Positions 38,184 to 48,402 are shown, counted from the stretch's first letter. The stretch is 64,000 nucleotides of DNA from Verrucomicrobiota bacterium (GCA_047947115.1 CP170459.1:4800001-4864000), one strand, 5' to 3'. The notes: generated by a model from the letters alone, not told the origin. Made by a program: numbers and translations.

Positions 38184-39521
38184 TTATGCTGCATCCTTGG
38201 ACTTTGGTGTGACGCGAAGTCGTTCGATCAAGTGCCCCTCAACTTTGACAACTTCCATGACATGCCCCAGTTCTTCCACCTTATCTCCAGTTTGAGGAAA
38301 TCCTCCAAGTTTGTGGGTGATCCATCCACTGACGGTATTGATTCCCTCTTCCTGAATGGGGATTCCAAGGCATTCGGACAATTCATGCAAGGGCAGTTGC
38401 CCCATCACATCCAGACTTCCGTCCTCATGACGAATCACCAGCGGCTGTTCCTGATCGAATTCATCCTGAATTTCACCGACCAATTCCTCCAGAATATCTT
38501 CAAGAGTGATCATACCAACCGTGGTGCCATACTCGTCCACCACCATGGCCAGATGTAATTTGTTCTTCAGCAGCAGGCGCAGTGCTTTTTCCAAACGGGC
38601 GGTTTCAGACAGATGCAGGATTCGACGAGCGATCTGCTTCAAATCAGCACCGCTTTCAAGTCGATCCCGCATGGAATAAAGTTCTTTGAAATGAATCACT
38701 CCCAAGGCGTGGTCGGGATCCGAAGCATGACAAAGCGGGTACCTGGAGTATCGCTCCTTGTTGGCAATCTCCAGACAACGGTGCAAGGTCATGTCAGTGG
38801 ACAGGAGGGTAATTTCCGGCCTGGGTTGCATGACCTCCCGCACCAGACGTTCACGCAGTTCCATTGCGTTGAACATGATTTCCTCCTCCAGATCCGTCCC
38901 GCCCTGCTTTTGGTGTGAATCGGAAATCAACAATCTGAGTTCCTCGGCGGAATGCATGTGATCATGTTCCGAGACGTGTTCAATGCCCGCCCAACGCAGC
39001 ATGCGATTGGAAGCATGGTTGAGGGCCCAGATGAAGGGGTAGGAAATCTTGAGAAAGAACCACAACGGCCGTGCCACCCACAGGGAAGTCGGCAGTGGAT
39101 GCTGGATCGCCATCAATTTGGGGGCCTGTTCTCCCGCAGTGATGTGAAGGAAGGTGATGACGGAAAACCCGAACAAAAAGGACAGGGTATGCTGCAGATG
39201 TTCAGATTCAACATTCGCCGCGTTCATGACAGGCTCCAGGAGCGCGCCGAAAACCGGTTCCCCAACCCAACCCAACGCCAAACTTGCGAGGGTTATACCG
39301 AGCTGACAGGCGCTCAACGATGAGTCCAGGTTTTCAAGCACCTGGTGTGCCATGCGGGCTTTTCGATTGCCTGCCTGAATCAAAGGCTTCAGTTGTGATC
39401 CGCGAATCTTGACCAATGCAAATTCCGCGGCCACAAAAAAGCCATTCAACATGACCAGGAACAAGACGAAAGCCACCTGTAGGAGAATCCATATGGCCTG
39501 ATATGATTCCATGGTGTTCAA
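38184..39521 (-). CDS. CNNM/DUF21-CBS-CorC (hemolysin family) protein
   Basis: NGFFVAAEFA, CBS pair, VVDEYG..G.ITLEDILEELVGEIQDE, CorC tail. Confidence 0.93.
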   Translation of the reverse strand: MNTMESYQAIWILLQVAFVLFLVMLNGFFVAAEFALVKIRGSQLKPLIQAGNRKARMAHQVLENLDSSLSACQLGITLASLALGWVGEPVFGALLEPVMNAANVESEHLQHTLSFLFGFSVITFLHITAGEQAPKLMAIQHPLPTSLWVARPLWFFLKISYPFIWALNHASNRMLRWAGIEHVSEHDHMHSAEELRLLISDSHQKQGGTDLEEEIMFNAMELRERLVREVMQPRPEITLLSTDMTLHRCLEIANKERYSRYPLCHASDPDHALGVIHFKELYSMRDRLESGADLKQIARRILHLSETARLEKALRLLLKNKLHLAMVVDEYGTTVGMITLEDILEELVGEIQDEFDQEQPLVIRHEDGSLDVMGQLPLHELSECLGIPIQEEGINTVSGWITHKLGGFPQTGDKVEELGHVMEVVKVEGHLIERLRVTPKSKDAA

Positions 39522-40504
39522 ATATGCACTTCGCCAAACACGGTTTTCAGAATATCCCGTATATTCACCCAGCCGACCTCTTTCTTCTGGGCATTCATCA
39601 CAAGTCCAACACGCTGACCTGCTTCCTGCATTTTGCGCAACGCGTCATCAGCGGTCATGTCTTCGGGCAAGTGCATCACTCCTGTCAAGTGTTGCCTCAC
39701 TTTGTCGTGACGTTTGGACTCCCAATCGTAAAGCAGGGGTTTCAGATTCAATGCCCCCAGAAACACCTTGCGCCCTTTCTGCTCATCAAAAACAGGCATC
39801 CGCAACAAACGCGTCTCACGGGATTGGGCAATGGCGTCCTCTATGGTTGAATCCGCGCTGATGGATACCACATGCTGCAATGGAATCATCATATGACTCA
39901 GCGTGTTGTTCTGAAGTTCCATCACTCGGTCAATCATCGAGCGTTCTTCGCTGGAAAGGTTCTGCCCCGAGGCCTGCATGACCCGTCTCATTTCCTCGCG
40001 ATCCGAAAACATCCTTCCGGTCAACACTTCCCCGCCTCCGAACTTCAACAACAAGTCCGCAAGCCCCGACACGATCACCACCAACGGACTCAGCATCCAG
40101 TGAAACAATCGATAAGGACGCACAGAAATGACTGTCAGACGATTGGGATACTTCCGGTAAAGCATTTTGGGCAGCAAATCGCAGAAGGTGTAAATCACAA
40201 GCAGCAGCACCAACAGCATCAAGGCAGGAATCAACGGATTGCCATGCATCACTTTCCGTAATCCGATCAGCAACGGCGCGACAATCAGGAAATTGGCCAG
40301 GGTGTTGCCCACCAGAATCGTCCAGAGGAAATATTCCGCATCCTCCATGTAACGGAGCAGTGCTTCGGCATGTCGGTCTCCTTTTTTGGCCTGACGCCTG
40401 ATGCGCAGCTTGTCCATGCAGGTGATCCCCGATTCCATCCCCGAAAACAGGAAAGAAAGAGCCAGACCAGCCACAAATCCAAGAATCAATAAAACCGATA
40501 TCAT
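39518..40504 (-). CDS. CNNM/DUF21-CBS protein lacking the CorC tail
   Basis: SFLFSGMESG, TILVGN, LPK, CBS pair. Confidence 0.9.
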   Translation of the reverse strand: MISVLLILGFVAGLALSFLFSGMESGITCMDKLRIRRQAKKGDRHAEALLRYMEDAEYFLWTILVGNTLANFLIVAPLLIGLRKVMHGNPLIPALMLLVLLLVIYTFCDLLPKMLYRKYPNRLTVISVRPYRLFHWMLSPLVVIVSGLADLLLKFGGGEVLTGRMFSDREEMRRVMQASGQNLSSEERSMIDRVMELQNNTLSHMMIPLQHVVSISADSTIEDAIAQSRETRLLRMPVFDEQKGRKVFLGALNLKPLLYDWESKRHDKVRQHLTGVMHLPEDMTADDALRKMQEAGQRVGLVMNAQKKEVGWVNIRDILKTVFGEVHI

Positions 40505-41769
40505 CGCTTGCTTCCTTCCTTGCTGCGTTTCTTGGATTTGGCCTTCTTTTGGACGAGCAGTTCCTTCACACGCCGGTCACCGACCACTTTGGCTGTCATG
40601 GTAAGTCCCGAGAACGTGACCGACTCCTCACCTTCAGGCACATATCCCAGGTGCATGGTGAACAATCCTCCCATGGTATCCACTTCCGGCACCTCTCTCA
40701 ATTGCGGGTAATGCTCACGAAAATCGTCGATTTCCATCAATCCGTTGACACGCCACTGTCCAGGCGATATTTCTTCAATGTCAAACTCCTCTGGCTCGTC
40801 TTCATTTCGGATGGGGCCGAGGATCTCCTCAATGATGTCCTCCATGGTGACAATGCCTGCGGTGGATCCGAATTCGTCCACCACCACCGCCATACCACGA
40901 CGCTGGCGCTGAAGGCTCTTGAACAAATCCAGCAGGTTCATTGATTCAGGCACCAGCGAAGGCAGTTCCGTAAACTCAAACAAATCCCCGGCCGGATGCA
41001 ACAACATCGATCGGGTGTCGAGGATACCGACGATCTGGTCAGGCGTTTCACTGTATAACGGCAAACGTCGATGGCGATGTGTGCGAGCTTCCCTGGCCAT
41101 TTCCTCCACCGGCAAATCAAACGGCAGACAGGCCACCTGACTGCGCGGCGTCATCACGTCCGTCGCGCATTTCTGATCCAGTTCGATGATTTCAAGGATG
41201 ATCTCCTTTTCCTCCTGGTCCAGGGTTCCTTGTTGATAGCCCATTTCAAGAAGCTCTTCGTAATCGGAATCGGTCGTGGGGGTATTGGCCGACCGCAGGG
41301 ACTTGGGCGTGAACTTCCGAATCAAAGTCTGATCAAGTTGATCGGCCAGTCTTCGCAAAGGATACGTTACCATTTGGAGCGTTCTAAGCGGCTGAACGAC
41401 CCGAATGGCCCATTTCTCAGGCAACCGAACCGCCATCACCTTCGGCACGACCTCGCATCCGAACAGGATGATGACCGCCAGCAACGGCAGGGTGCTGCCT
41501 GCCTGCCAGATACCTTTGAGCACCATCCAGAGTCCGGTTGCCCAGATGGCGGAATTGAAGAACATGTTGCCCAGTACCACGGTGGCGAGCGCCTCGTGTG
41601 GTTGCTTGAAAATCAGGGAGATCCAGTCCGCCTCCATGGGGGACTTTTCCTTGAGACGCTGCATGTGCCATTTGCCCAGGGAAAACAAGGCCGACTCCGC
41701 CAGAGCAAACAGGAAACTCATCACCGCAAAAAAGGCGATTAACAGAATGGCTATTCCTGGAGTCAGCAC
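40501..41769 (-). CDS. CNNM/DUF21-CBS-CorC protein
   Basis: FALAESALFSL, EVVPK, VMTPR, VVDEFGSTAGIVTMEDIIEE. Confidence 0.92.
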   Translation of the reverse strand: MLTPGIAILLIAFFAVMSFLFALAESALFSLGKWHMQRLKEKSPMEADWISLIFKQPHEALATVVLGNMFFNSAIWATGLWMVLKGIWQAGSTLPLLAVIILFGCEVVPKVMAVRLPEKWAIRVVQPLRTLQMVTYPLRRLADQLDQTLIRKFTPKSLRSANTPTTDSDYEELLEMGYQQGTLDQEEKEIILEIIELDQKCATDVMTPRSQVACLPFDLPVEEMAREARTHRHRRLPLYSETPDQIVGILDTRSMLLHPAGDLFEFTELPSLVPESMNLLDLFKSLQRQRRGMAVVVDEFGSTAGIVTMEDIIEEILGPIRNEDEPEEFDIEEISPGQWRVNGLMEIDDFREHYPQLREVPEVDTMGGLFTMHLGYVPEGEESVTFSGLTMTAKVVGDRRVKELLVQKKAKSKKRSKEGSKR

Positions 41770-41814
41770 GGGTTTGGATGAGATCGTAATCTTGGAAACA
41801 TCGTCATCAATGGA

Positions 41815-42042
41815 CTAAAGCATCTTGCTGGCATCACCCTTTTCATGACGAATGACCTGCTTTTTGACGGTTTCCACATTGGCAGTCAATTGGTAAACCG
41901 TTTCGAACAATCCCGATCGAAGTTTCTCATCGGACAATTTGGCAATCGCAGGCTGCAGTGTCATCATTTCATGGGCAATGCGGTGACAGGCCTGTTTGAT
42001 GGTTGCAATGGCGTTTACCTGATCCTCGGGTAGGTTTTGCAT
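41815..42042 (-). CDS. Small helical hypothetical protein
   Basis: 75 aa; GAGG upstream; lies between fur and the CNNM genes. Confidence 0.7.
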   Translation of the reverse strand: MQNLPEDQVNAIATIKQACHRIAHEMMTLQPAIAKLSDEKLRSGLFETVYQLTANVETVKKQVIRHEKGDASKML

Positions 42043-42082
42043 GTGTCGCCTCTATCTTAACTTAAAAAGGGGGGAAAACCGT

Positions 42083-42562
42083 TCACCGGGAACTGTGCTT
42101 CTGCTTGCAACTTCCATGCTTTTTGAGTGATTCACAGTTGGCGGTGATCCTGAGGTTCTGGGAACGAATCTCGAAACCGAGCTTCTGGGTGATCTCATCC
42201 TCCAGTCGCTCAATCTTCTTGCTCTCAAACTCGACAATCCGATCGCAATCCTCACAGATGATATGATGGTGATTGGGATGTTCTCCGTAATTTGGATCGT
42301 AATACTTGTAATCCTTGCCGAAGTCCATTTCATGCACCAGACCACTCTCGGTCAATAAGGGCAATGTTCGATACACGGTGGCTCGTGAAATGGAGGGATC
42401 CTTCGCACGGGACCACTCCAGTAGTTGTTCCGCAGTAAAATGTTCCTCAGTATTGAAGACGACATCAATAATCGTCATCCGCTGCGACGTCAGCCGCAGC
42501 TTCTTGCTTTCAATGAATTCAAGAAACTTCTCTTTTGTCTGTTTGCCACCCTTGGATGTCAC
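42083..42562 (-). CDS. fur: Fur-family transcriptional repressor
   Basis: RLTSQR, HFTAE, SRATVYRTL, HHHIICEDC..IVEF. Confidence 0.93.
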   Translation of the reverse strand: MTSKGGKQTKEKFLEFIESKKLRLTSQRMTIIDVVFNTEEHFTAEQLLEWSRAKDPSISRATVYRTLPLLTESGLVHEMDFGKDYKYYDPNYGEHPNHHHIICEDCDRIVEFESKKIERLEDEITQKLGFEIRSQNLRITANCESLKKHGSCKQKHSSR

Positions 42563-42569
42563 TTAAGTC

Positions 42570-42597
42570 ATTATAACCATCATACTCAAGACGTCAA
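42570..42597 (-). promoter_or_regulatory. Sigma70 promoter of fur, predicted leaderless
   Basis: Minus strand TTGACG-N16-TATAAT, with 7 nt between the -10 and the GTG start. Confidence 0.7.
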
Positions 42598-42789
42598 TTG
42601 AGGATTATCCGGGGAAAACGTTAAGGATTCTACCATAAACCCGCCAGATCACCTTTTTACTTTAACGATACAGAAAAGACTCAACCGACCAATTACCCCT
42701 TTTCCTTTAAAAAACATTGACTTTGAGCCTTTTTGAGTGTTCCTTGGGATTGTCTTAATTGAGGCTATTTAGACCTCGGTTCCTCGCTG

Positions 42790-42828
42790 CCCAGTGACAG
42801 TATTGCCATGCTGTCGCTGGGTTTTTTT
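42790..42828 (+). terminator. Intrinsic terminator on the + strand (candidate sRNA 3' end)
   Basis: CCCAGTGACAG-N10-CTGTCGCTGGG-T7; the internal mismatch is a U.G wobble only on the + strand. Confidence 0.75.
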
Positions 42829-45541
42829 ATACCGACGAACGGTGACGCAACATCAACAGGCAAGGCAGGAAACCCAGGCCCGCCAACATGCAAGTGGCCA
42901 CCCCGATCGACATGACATATCCCAAACTTGTAATCCCTTGATGCTGAGCAAGCATCAGACTCCCAAACCCGGCCATGGTAGTCAACGCCGAGACCAACAC
43001 CGCCTTGCCGGTGCTTTTGGCAAATATGCTCGGATGGGCTTCTTCATGAAAGCGATTCAGGATATGAATGCCATTGGTCACTCCTATCCCGATGACAAGT
43101 GGTAAGGTCATGATATTGGCCGGGTTAAAAGGAATCCCAAGCCACCCCATCAAACCCAGCAACCAAATACTACCCACAAATACCGGCACCAACGCCAGAA
43201 AAACAGTGGTCAGCGAACGAAAATGCACCAGGACCAGCAGCACGATCGCTCCCAATGCATACAAAGCGGCCTCCTGATAGCTGATCTTGAGCAATTCAGT
43301 GTATTCGTAGAGCTGGACAGGGGTTCCGGTGATGATCGGATCATTGTCGTCATCTTCATCAAGACTTCTCAACTCTTTCAGAAAGACTTCCTGATGCGCC
43401 CGTTCCCAAACATTGCTCCTGGGATAAACCTGTACAAGCAACCTGCCGTCATTCCCGATAAACCGATGCTTCAATGCATCCGGCAAATCTTCCAGGGACA
43501 GTAAGGACCGCGTGTCCTGCCGGGCAATGGCATCCAGCATTTCATGAATGGACAGAAACAATCCCGTCTGGAACCTTGTCAAACGTTCCCGCGCTTCAGA
43601 CTCCGGCAATGATCGAACGATCTGCTGGAATTGTCCGATCGATGATGCAAGCTCCATCAGCTTCGGTTTCAATGCCTCCCCTTTCCCTTTTTCCTCGATG
43701 GAACGAATGGCCAGTTTGACATAACTGAACAAAAAGGACACCCCCTGGTTCAAGGCTTCGAGATCCACCGGTTCCTGATCAACTGGAGGCAGATTCACCG
43801 AAGCAGCCCGCTCCCGGATCGATTGGATGACGGCCAATTTCTCCTGATTTCCTGCCGAGACATAACTCGCCATGGATTCCACACTGGCTACCGAAGGCAA
43901 TTGTCTCACACGCTCTTCCATTGCCACCGCTTCCGACACGGAATCGGCGATGACTGCGCCAAACAAGACGGACTTTTCGCCGGAATGGATCAGTTTATGT
44001 TCAAACTGCACTGCTTCCAGCCCATGCGTCTGAAGATTCAACAGGTTGTAGTCAAAATATACCTTCGGAATCTGGAATGCCGCCAGCACACACAAACCCA
44101 ATCCAACCCCCAAAACTCGTTTGGGACGACTCAACCAAATCCGCTCCAGCCTTTCCCGCTTGGTTTCACCAAACACGGCACGATCATGATCGATCACGTT
44201 CTGCCGACCTTTCAGCAACAAGGCGGGCAACATCGTCATCATGGGAATCAGCGACAACAGCATCCCGCCTCCGGTAATGATCCCCATTTCCCGTATCCCC
44301 TTGAATTCGGTGATCCCCATCGCCAGAAAAGCGCCCGCCGTGGTCAAACAACCGGTAAAGATTCCTATCCCGGTGTAAACCAGAGCATTTCGAATGCTTT
44401 CTTCATTGGAATGACCTAGCCGCAACTCCTCCTCATATCGGGTGATCAAATGCACCCCGAAATCAATGGCCAAACCAACCAGCATGGGCACAAAAGCAAT
44501 GGTCAGGATATTGAGATGCCCCACGACAAGCGTGGTAAAACCCATGGTGTAACCCAAGGCAATCAAAAGGCACAAGGTCGCCTTGATGGGACGCCCGGTT
44601 TCCTGGTATCCGAATATGAAAATCAAGGTGACCACTACCAGGGAAACAATGGTTGCCTTGGTGGTGTCCAGTCGGGACTGGCGCATTTCATCAAATTCGA
44701 GCACCGATTTCCCCGTGATCCCGACATTCACCCCCGGCACCTTCGAGCGAATATCAGCCACCAGAACCCTCAGTCTGCGAACTGCCGGTTTCTCCAATTC
44801 ATCCGACACCGGTTGGGCGGTCAACAGGAACAACCGACCTTCGTCAAATTGGAGGTATTCTCTCCCGGAACTCCCCACCCCGCCCAACATCAGGCTGCTG
44901 ACATTGGGAGCCACCATGGGCTCAGCCTGTAGTAAACTGTTGCGCGCCTGGTTCAGCAGGGATGTCAGCAGAGGAAGGGATTTCGCCAGAGGATGATCTT
45001 CCACACGGGTCTCCTCGTTTTTTTTGGATTTTCCCGACAATCGAAATTCATGATTGATGCTGCGAACGATCGCATTCAGGTTGGTCACCTGGGCAAATCG
45101 TTCAATCATCGGAAGCGATTCCGCAAGCGTGTCGTCAAGACGCTGCAAATCCTCCATCTTCTTGATCAACTGAAGCGACTTTGAACCGAGACTTCCGAAA
45201 TCTCCCTTGAAGAATACATCCCGAAACAGTTCCGGCTCCGCCTGCAAACGTCTTCCCAGGCGTTCGATGAATTCACGGTTTTTCTCAGGATCCCCACTCT
45301 CCACGATGGTGACGAGTTCGTCCTGATTTTGAAAATGCTCCTTGTACTCCAGAAAATTCCGGTGGTAACGCTTTTCGGCGCCCACCAGATCGCTTCGACT
45401 GGTGTTGAACCCAAGGTGCGTGACCGTGTAGACCACACAGAGCCCGAATAACAGGAACTGTGGATAGACAAACCAGCCGGGGCGTCGACTGATCGCTCCG
45501 GCCAGACGTCCAAGCCAACGTTCCGCCCAGGCATGCTTCAT
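42827..45541 (-). CDS. MMPL/RND transporter, HpnN-like (hopanoid-associated)
   Basis: Two RND transmembrane blocks; GLAIDFGVH, TTAGAF, YFDYNLLNLQ, GIGVTNGIH, LTTMAGFGSL. Confidence 0.88.
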   Translation of the reverse strand: MKHAWAERWLGRLAGAISRRPGWFVYPQFLLFGLCVVYTVTHLGFNTSRSDLVGAEKRYHRNFLEYKEHFQNQDELVTIVESGDPEKNREFIERLGRRLQAEPELFRDVFFKGDFGSLGSKSLQLIKKMEDLQRLDDTLAESLPMIERFAQVTNLNAIVRSINHEFRLSGKSKKNEETRVEDHPLAKSLPLLTSLLNQARNSLLQAEPMVAPNVSSLMLGGVGSSGREYLQFDEGRLFLLTAQPVSDELEKPAVRRLRVLVADIRSKVPGVNVGITGKSVLEFDEMRQSRLDTTKATIVSLVVVTLIFIFGYQETGRPIKATLCLLIALGYTMGFTTLVVGHLNILTIAFVPMLVGLAIDFGVHLITRYEEELRLGHSNEESIRNALVYTGIGIFTGCLTTAGAFLAMGITEFKGIREMGIITGGGMLLSLIPMMTMLPALLLKGRQNVIDHDRAVFGETKRERLERIWLSRPKRVLGVGLGLCVLAAFQIPKVYFDYNLLNLQTHGLEAVQFEHKLIHSGEKSVLFGAVIADSVSEAVAMEERVRQLPSVASVESMASYVSAGNQEKLAVIQSIRERAASVNLPPVDQEPVDLEALNQGVSFLFSYVKLAIRSIEEKGKGEALKPKLMELASSIGQFQQIVRSLPESEARERLTRFQTGLFLSIHEMLDAIARQDTRSLLSLEDLPDALKHRFIGNDGRLLVQVYPRSNVWERAHQEVFLKELRSLDEDDDNDPIITGTPVQLYEYTELLKISYQEAALYALGAIVLLVLVHFRSLTTVFLALVPVFVGSIWLLGLMGWLGIPFNPANIMTLPLVIGIGVTNGIHILNRFHEEAHPSIFAKSTGKAVLVSALTTMAGFGSLMLAQHQGITSLGYVMSIGVATCMLAGLGFLPCLLMLRHRSSV

Positions 45542-45560
45542 GAATTAAAAAAATGCCTGC

Positions 45561-46295
45561 TCAATCCTCGTCGGGGAATTCGGCATTTGAATAGATGTCT
45601 TTGACGTCATCGTGATCTTCCAGGGTATCGATCAATTTTTGAATGGATTCCGCCGCTTCGGCAGGCACTGGAGCCATCAACTCCGGCAAACACGTCACCA
45701 TGGCGGTTTCGGTGGCGATACCGGCCGATTCCACCGCCTTCAAAACTTCTTCGAATTTCCCCGGTTCCGTGAGAATTTCATACCCCTCTTCCTCGGCATT
45801 GAAATCTTCCGCACCGGCTTCCAAGGCCACTTCCATTACCTTTTCCTCATCAGCCGCATCGCGCGCTATCATGATCTGCCCCTTGCGGTGAAACAACCTG
45901 ACCACTGCACCCGCAGAAGCGATCGAACCGCCGTTTTTGGTGAGAATATGGCGTATCTCCGCCGCTGTGCGGTTTTTGTTGTCGGAGGAGATTTCAGCAA
46001 GAATGGCCACGCCATTGGGACCGTAAATCTCATACGTCAGATCCAGGTACGTGGAGGCGCCCCCCTCGCCCGTCGCTTTCTGAATGGCCCGTTGAACATT
46101 GTCCGAAGGCATGTTCGCCTGACGCGCCTTGAGCAGCACCATGCGCAGGCGAGGATTCGTATTCGGATCTTCACTCGCGCCTTCCTTCACCGCGACGAAT
46201 ATTTCGCGCGACAATTTGGAGAAAATTTTGGCACGCTTTGCGTCCGCCGGACCCTTGATATGCTTAACCTTTGACCACTTGTTATGACCTGCCAT
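45561..46295 (-). CDS. yebC: YebC/PmpR family protein
   Basis: MAGHNKWSKVKH, NPRLR, YEIYGPNG, DNKNRT, LEDHDDV. Confidence 0.97.
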   Translation of the reverse strand: MAGHNKWSKVKHIKGPADAKRAKIFSKLSREIFVAVKEGASEDPNTNPRLRMVLLKARQANMPSDNVQRAIQKATGEGGASTYLDLTYEIYGPNGVAILAEISSDNKNRTAAEIRHILTKNGGSIASAGAVVRLFHRKGQIMIARDAADEEKVMEVALEAGAEDFNAEEEGYEILTEPGKFEEVLKAVESAGIATETAMVTCLPELMAPVPAEAAESIQKLIDTLEDHDDVKDIYSNAEFPDED

Positions 46296-46415
46296 AGTAA
46301 GCTCTCTGGTTAAACGCCAGTGGATGATAATGCAAACCTTTTATAGTTTGCCTCAAATCAGGATTGTCAAAACCCCCTTCAACAAGGCAGAATCGGGTGC
46401 GAAGCACCTCATCAC

Positions 46416-47165
46416 ATGAAATCTATCCTATCACGAACCATCCTGGCTGCCAGCGTCATCACAACACTCGCCATTCAGGCCGCCGAGCCCGCCTTCGAAT
46501 CCATCTTCGACGGCAAAACCCTCAACGGCTGGCACGTCAGCACGAAAACCGGGCACAGCCGCGCCAGCGATCACAAAACCGGTGGTAAATGGATCGTCAG
46601 GGATGGCGCCATCATCGGCTCTCAGGATATCCCCGCCAACGGGGGCATCATCATAACCGACGAACAGTTCAGTGATTTTGAAGTTTCAATCGAAATGAAA
46701 AACGATTTTGGCCCGGACAGTGGACTGTTCCTGCGGAGCACCGAAGACGGCAAAGCATGGCAGGCCATGATCGACTACCACAGCGGCGGCAACCTGATGG
46801 GCATCTATGGAGAAGGACTCGGAGGCAAACCACACGTCCGTAATTACAGTTTCAAAGACAAGGTCACCGAAATCACCACTCAGCCAACCGGAGAACCCCC
46901 AGTTGCCTTCCCTATCCTTCCGGACGCCTGGCCCTCCTTCTGGCGACACGGACAATGGAACGAACTACGCGCCCGCATCGTGGGCAACCCGCCCCATATC
47001 ACCACCTGGATCAACGGCGTCAAGATCATGGAATGGAAAGAAACCGAACTGCGTCACCCCGACAAAGGCGGCATCGCCCTCCAGGTCCACGGCGGCGGCA
47101 ACCACACCGACGAATTCGTCCGCTACCGCAACATCCGGGTCAAAAGGCTGAGCACGGCAAAGTAG
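46416..47165 (+). CDS. DUF1080 (3-keto-disaccharide hydrolase family) secreted protein
   Basis: IFDGKTLNGW, DSGLFLR, GQWN, GGIALQVH, YRNIRVK. Confidence 0.92.
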   Translation: MKSILSRTILAASVITTLAIQAAEPAFESIFDGKTLNGWHVSTKTGHSRASDHKTGGKWIVRDGAIIGSQDIPANGGIIITDEQFSDFEVSIEMKNDFGPDSGLFLRSTEDGKAWQAMIDYHSGGNLMGIYGEGLGGKPHVRNYSFKDKVTEITTQPTGEPPVAFPILPDAWPSFWRHGQWNELRARIVGNPPHITTWINGVKIMEWKETELRHPDKGGIALQVHGGGNHTDEFVRYRNIRVKRLSTAK

Positions 47166-47297
47166 GTCACCTTCTGATGCCAATGTGCCCATATTCCATT
47201 TGAACGGGAACAAGACAGAGAACTGCCATGAATAGAAATTGCCTGGATTGAAATAACACACGGAGGTGCGAACGCTCAAAAACCCGTCAAAGCCATC

Positions 47298-47359
47298 GAT
47301 GTCATTCTTGGAGTTTCACCCGGCTGGGACCTTCACCCCCGTCGAATACAAACGCGGCC
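47298..47359 (+). pseudogene. Short relic of a cas4-like gene
   Basis: Translates as DV(frameshift)LEFHPAGTFTPVEYKRG, matching the Cas4 D-x-x-E-F...PVEYKRG motif. Confidence 0.55.
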
Positions 47360-47393
47360 CAGCCAGCTGGTTCTCACCATCACCGGCAGCCAC

Positions 47394-47789
47394 TCACCAA
47401 ACAGCCTCAACAGGAGAATCGTCCGCATGAAAAACGCGATCCTTGCTCAGGACCGGCACGTCGTGCTCAAGTGCAGTAGCGGCAATCAATCGATCTGCCG
47501 GATCACGGTGAGCCCAATCCAATTCCGCCATGGCAACCCAAAGTTCAAATGAGATGCCTTCCAATAACACACCACGCAACCCGCGCAGGCGGGGCAACCA
47601 TGGGCGGACGGAACCGGGCAGTGCCAATTTCCCCAATCGCCGTTTCCACTCCAACTCCCACAGGGAAACCCCGCTGATGATCAAATAACCCCGCCCTTCG
47701 CGACAGGCTCGGATGCGTTCCCTCGCCACGGAAGAAAGGGCCGGATCATTGCTCAGCCACCAAAGAAGTGTATGCGTGTCTAAGACCAT
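47394..47789 (-). CDS. vapC: PIN-domain VapC toxin
   Basis: VLDTHTLLWW, SLWEL, HRDPADRLIAATA, SKD. Confidence 0.93.
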   Translation of the reverse strand: MVLDTHTLLWWLSNDPALSSVARERIRACREGRGYLIISGVSLWELEWKRRLGKLALPGSVRPWLPRLRGLRGVLLEGISFELWVAMAELDWAHRDPADRLIAATALEHDVPVLSKDRVFHADDSPVEAVW

Positions 47790-48127
47790 GGATTCCGATC
47801 ATCCTCCCGTTCCACTTCCCAATCAGCCAATGGCAATGGAGCCATCAGTTCCGATTCGCTTATCGGCACAACCGGCGTGGCCAGCATTCGGAGTTCTTCC
47901 AACAGAGATTCTTCTGACACTTGCGGTTTCTTTGGGGAAAACATCGTCGCCGGCTCACTCAAGATCATCCCGGCAGAAGATGAACCGGCCGGAGCCCCGG
48001 CAATCGGCTGGATCACCAACACTTCCCTTCCCCGATCCGTCACGATCAACGGTTCACCAGAGGCTTCCACGTCCCGGAAGAATTCCAACATCCGGGCTTT
48101 CAATTTACCTTTGGATACGCATTTCAC
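47780..48127 (-). CDS. Phd/YefM-family antitoxin
   Basis: VSKGKLKARMLEFFRDVEASGEPLIVTDRGREV; GTG start at 48127; overlaps the toxin gene. Confidence 0.85.
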   Translation of the reverse strand: MKCVSKGKLKARMLEFFRDVEASGEPLIVTDRGREVLVIQPIAGAPAGSSSAGMILSEPATMFSPKKPQVSEESLLEELRMLATPVVPISESELMAPLPLADWEVEREDDRNPWS

Positions 48128-48129
48128 AA

Positions 48130-48172
48130 GGTCAATATGACCACAGTCGTGACCATAGTCAAGCATGCTTGA
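48130..48172. promoter_or_regulatory. Probable toxin-antitoxin autoregulatory operator palindromes
   Basis: GGTCAATATGACC, TGACCATAGTCA and TCAAGCATGCTTGA immediately upstream of the antitoxin. Confidence 0.6.
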
Positions 48173-48367
48173 ACAGGGTCAGATAACCTCCACAGATCAC
48201 ACAGTCTTTCTGATTGCAATCAGGCAACTCACACAAATGAAGCATCATCGAAGAGAGTAGCCAGCTCGTACGATCAAAAAAAATGGGAGCAGATCTCTCG
48301 ATCAATGGTTTGATACAGCCGGTTCGAGGTAGAACTTGTATCCGTAGTATGGAGGGGCGGGAGGATT

Positions 48368-48402
48368 AAAAAAGAGGGCAACGGTGATCCATTACCCTCT
48401 TT
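48368..48402 (-). terminator. Intrinsic terminator after the NIPSNAP gene
   Basis: Minus strand AAAGAGGGTAA-loop-TTGCCCTCTTTTTT. Confidence 0.75.
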
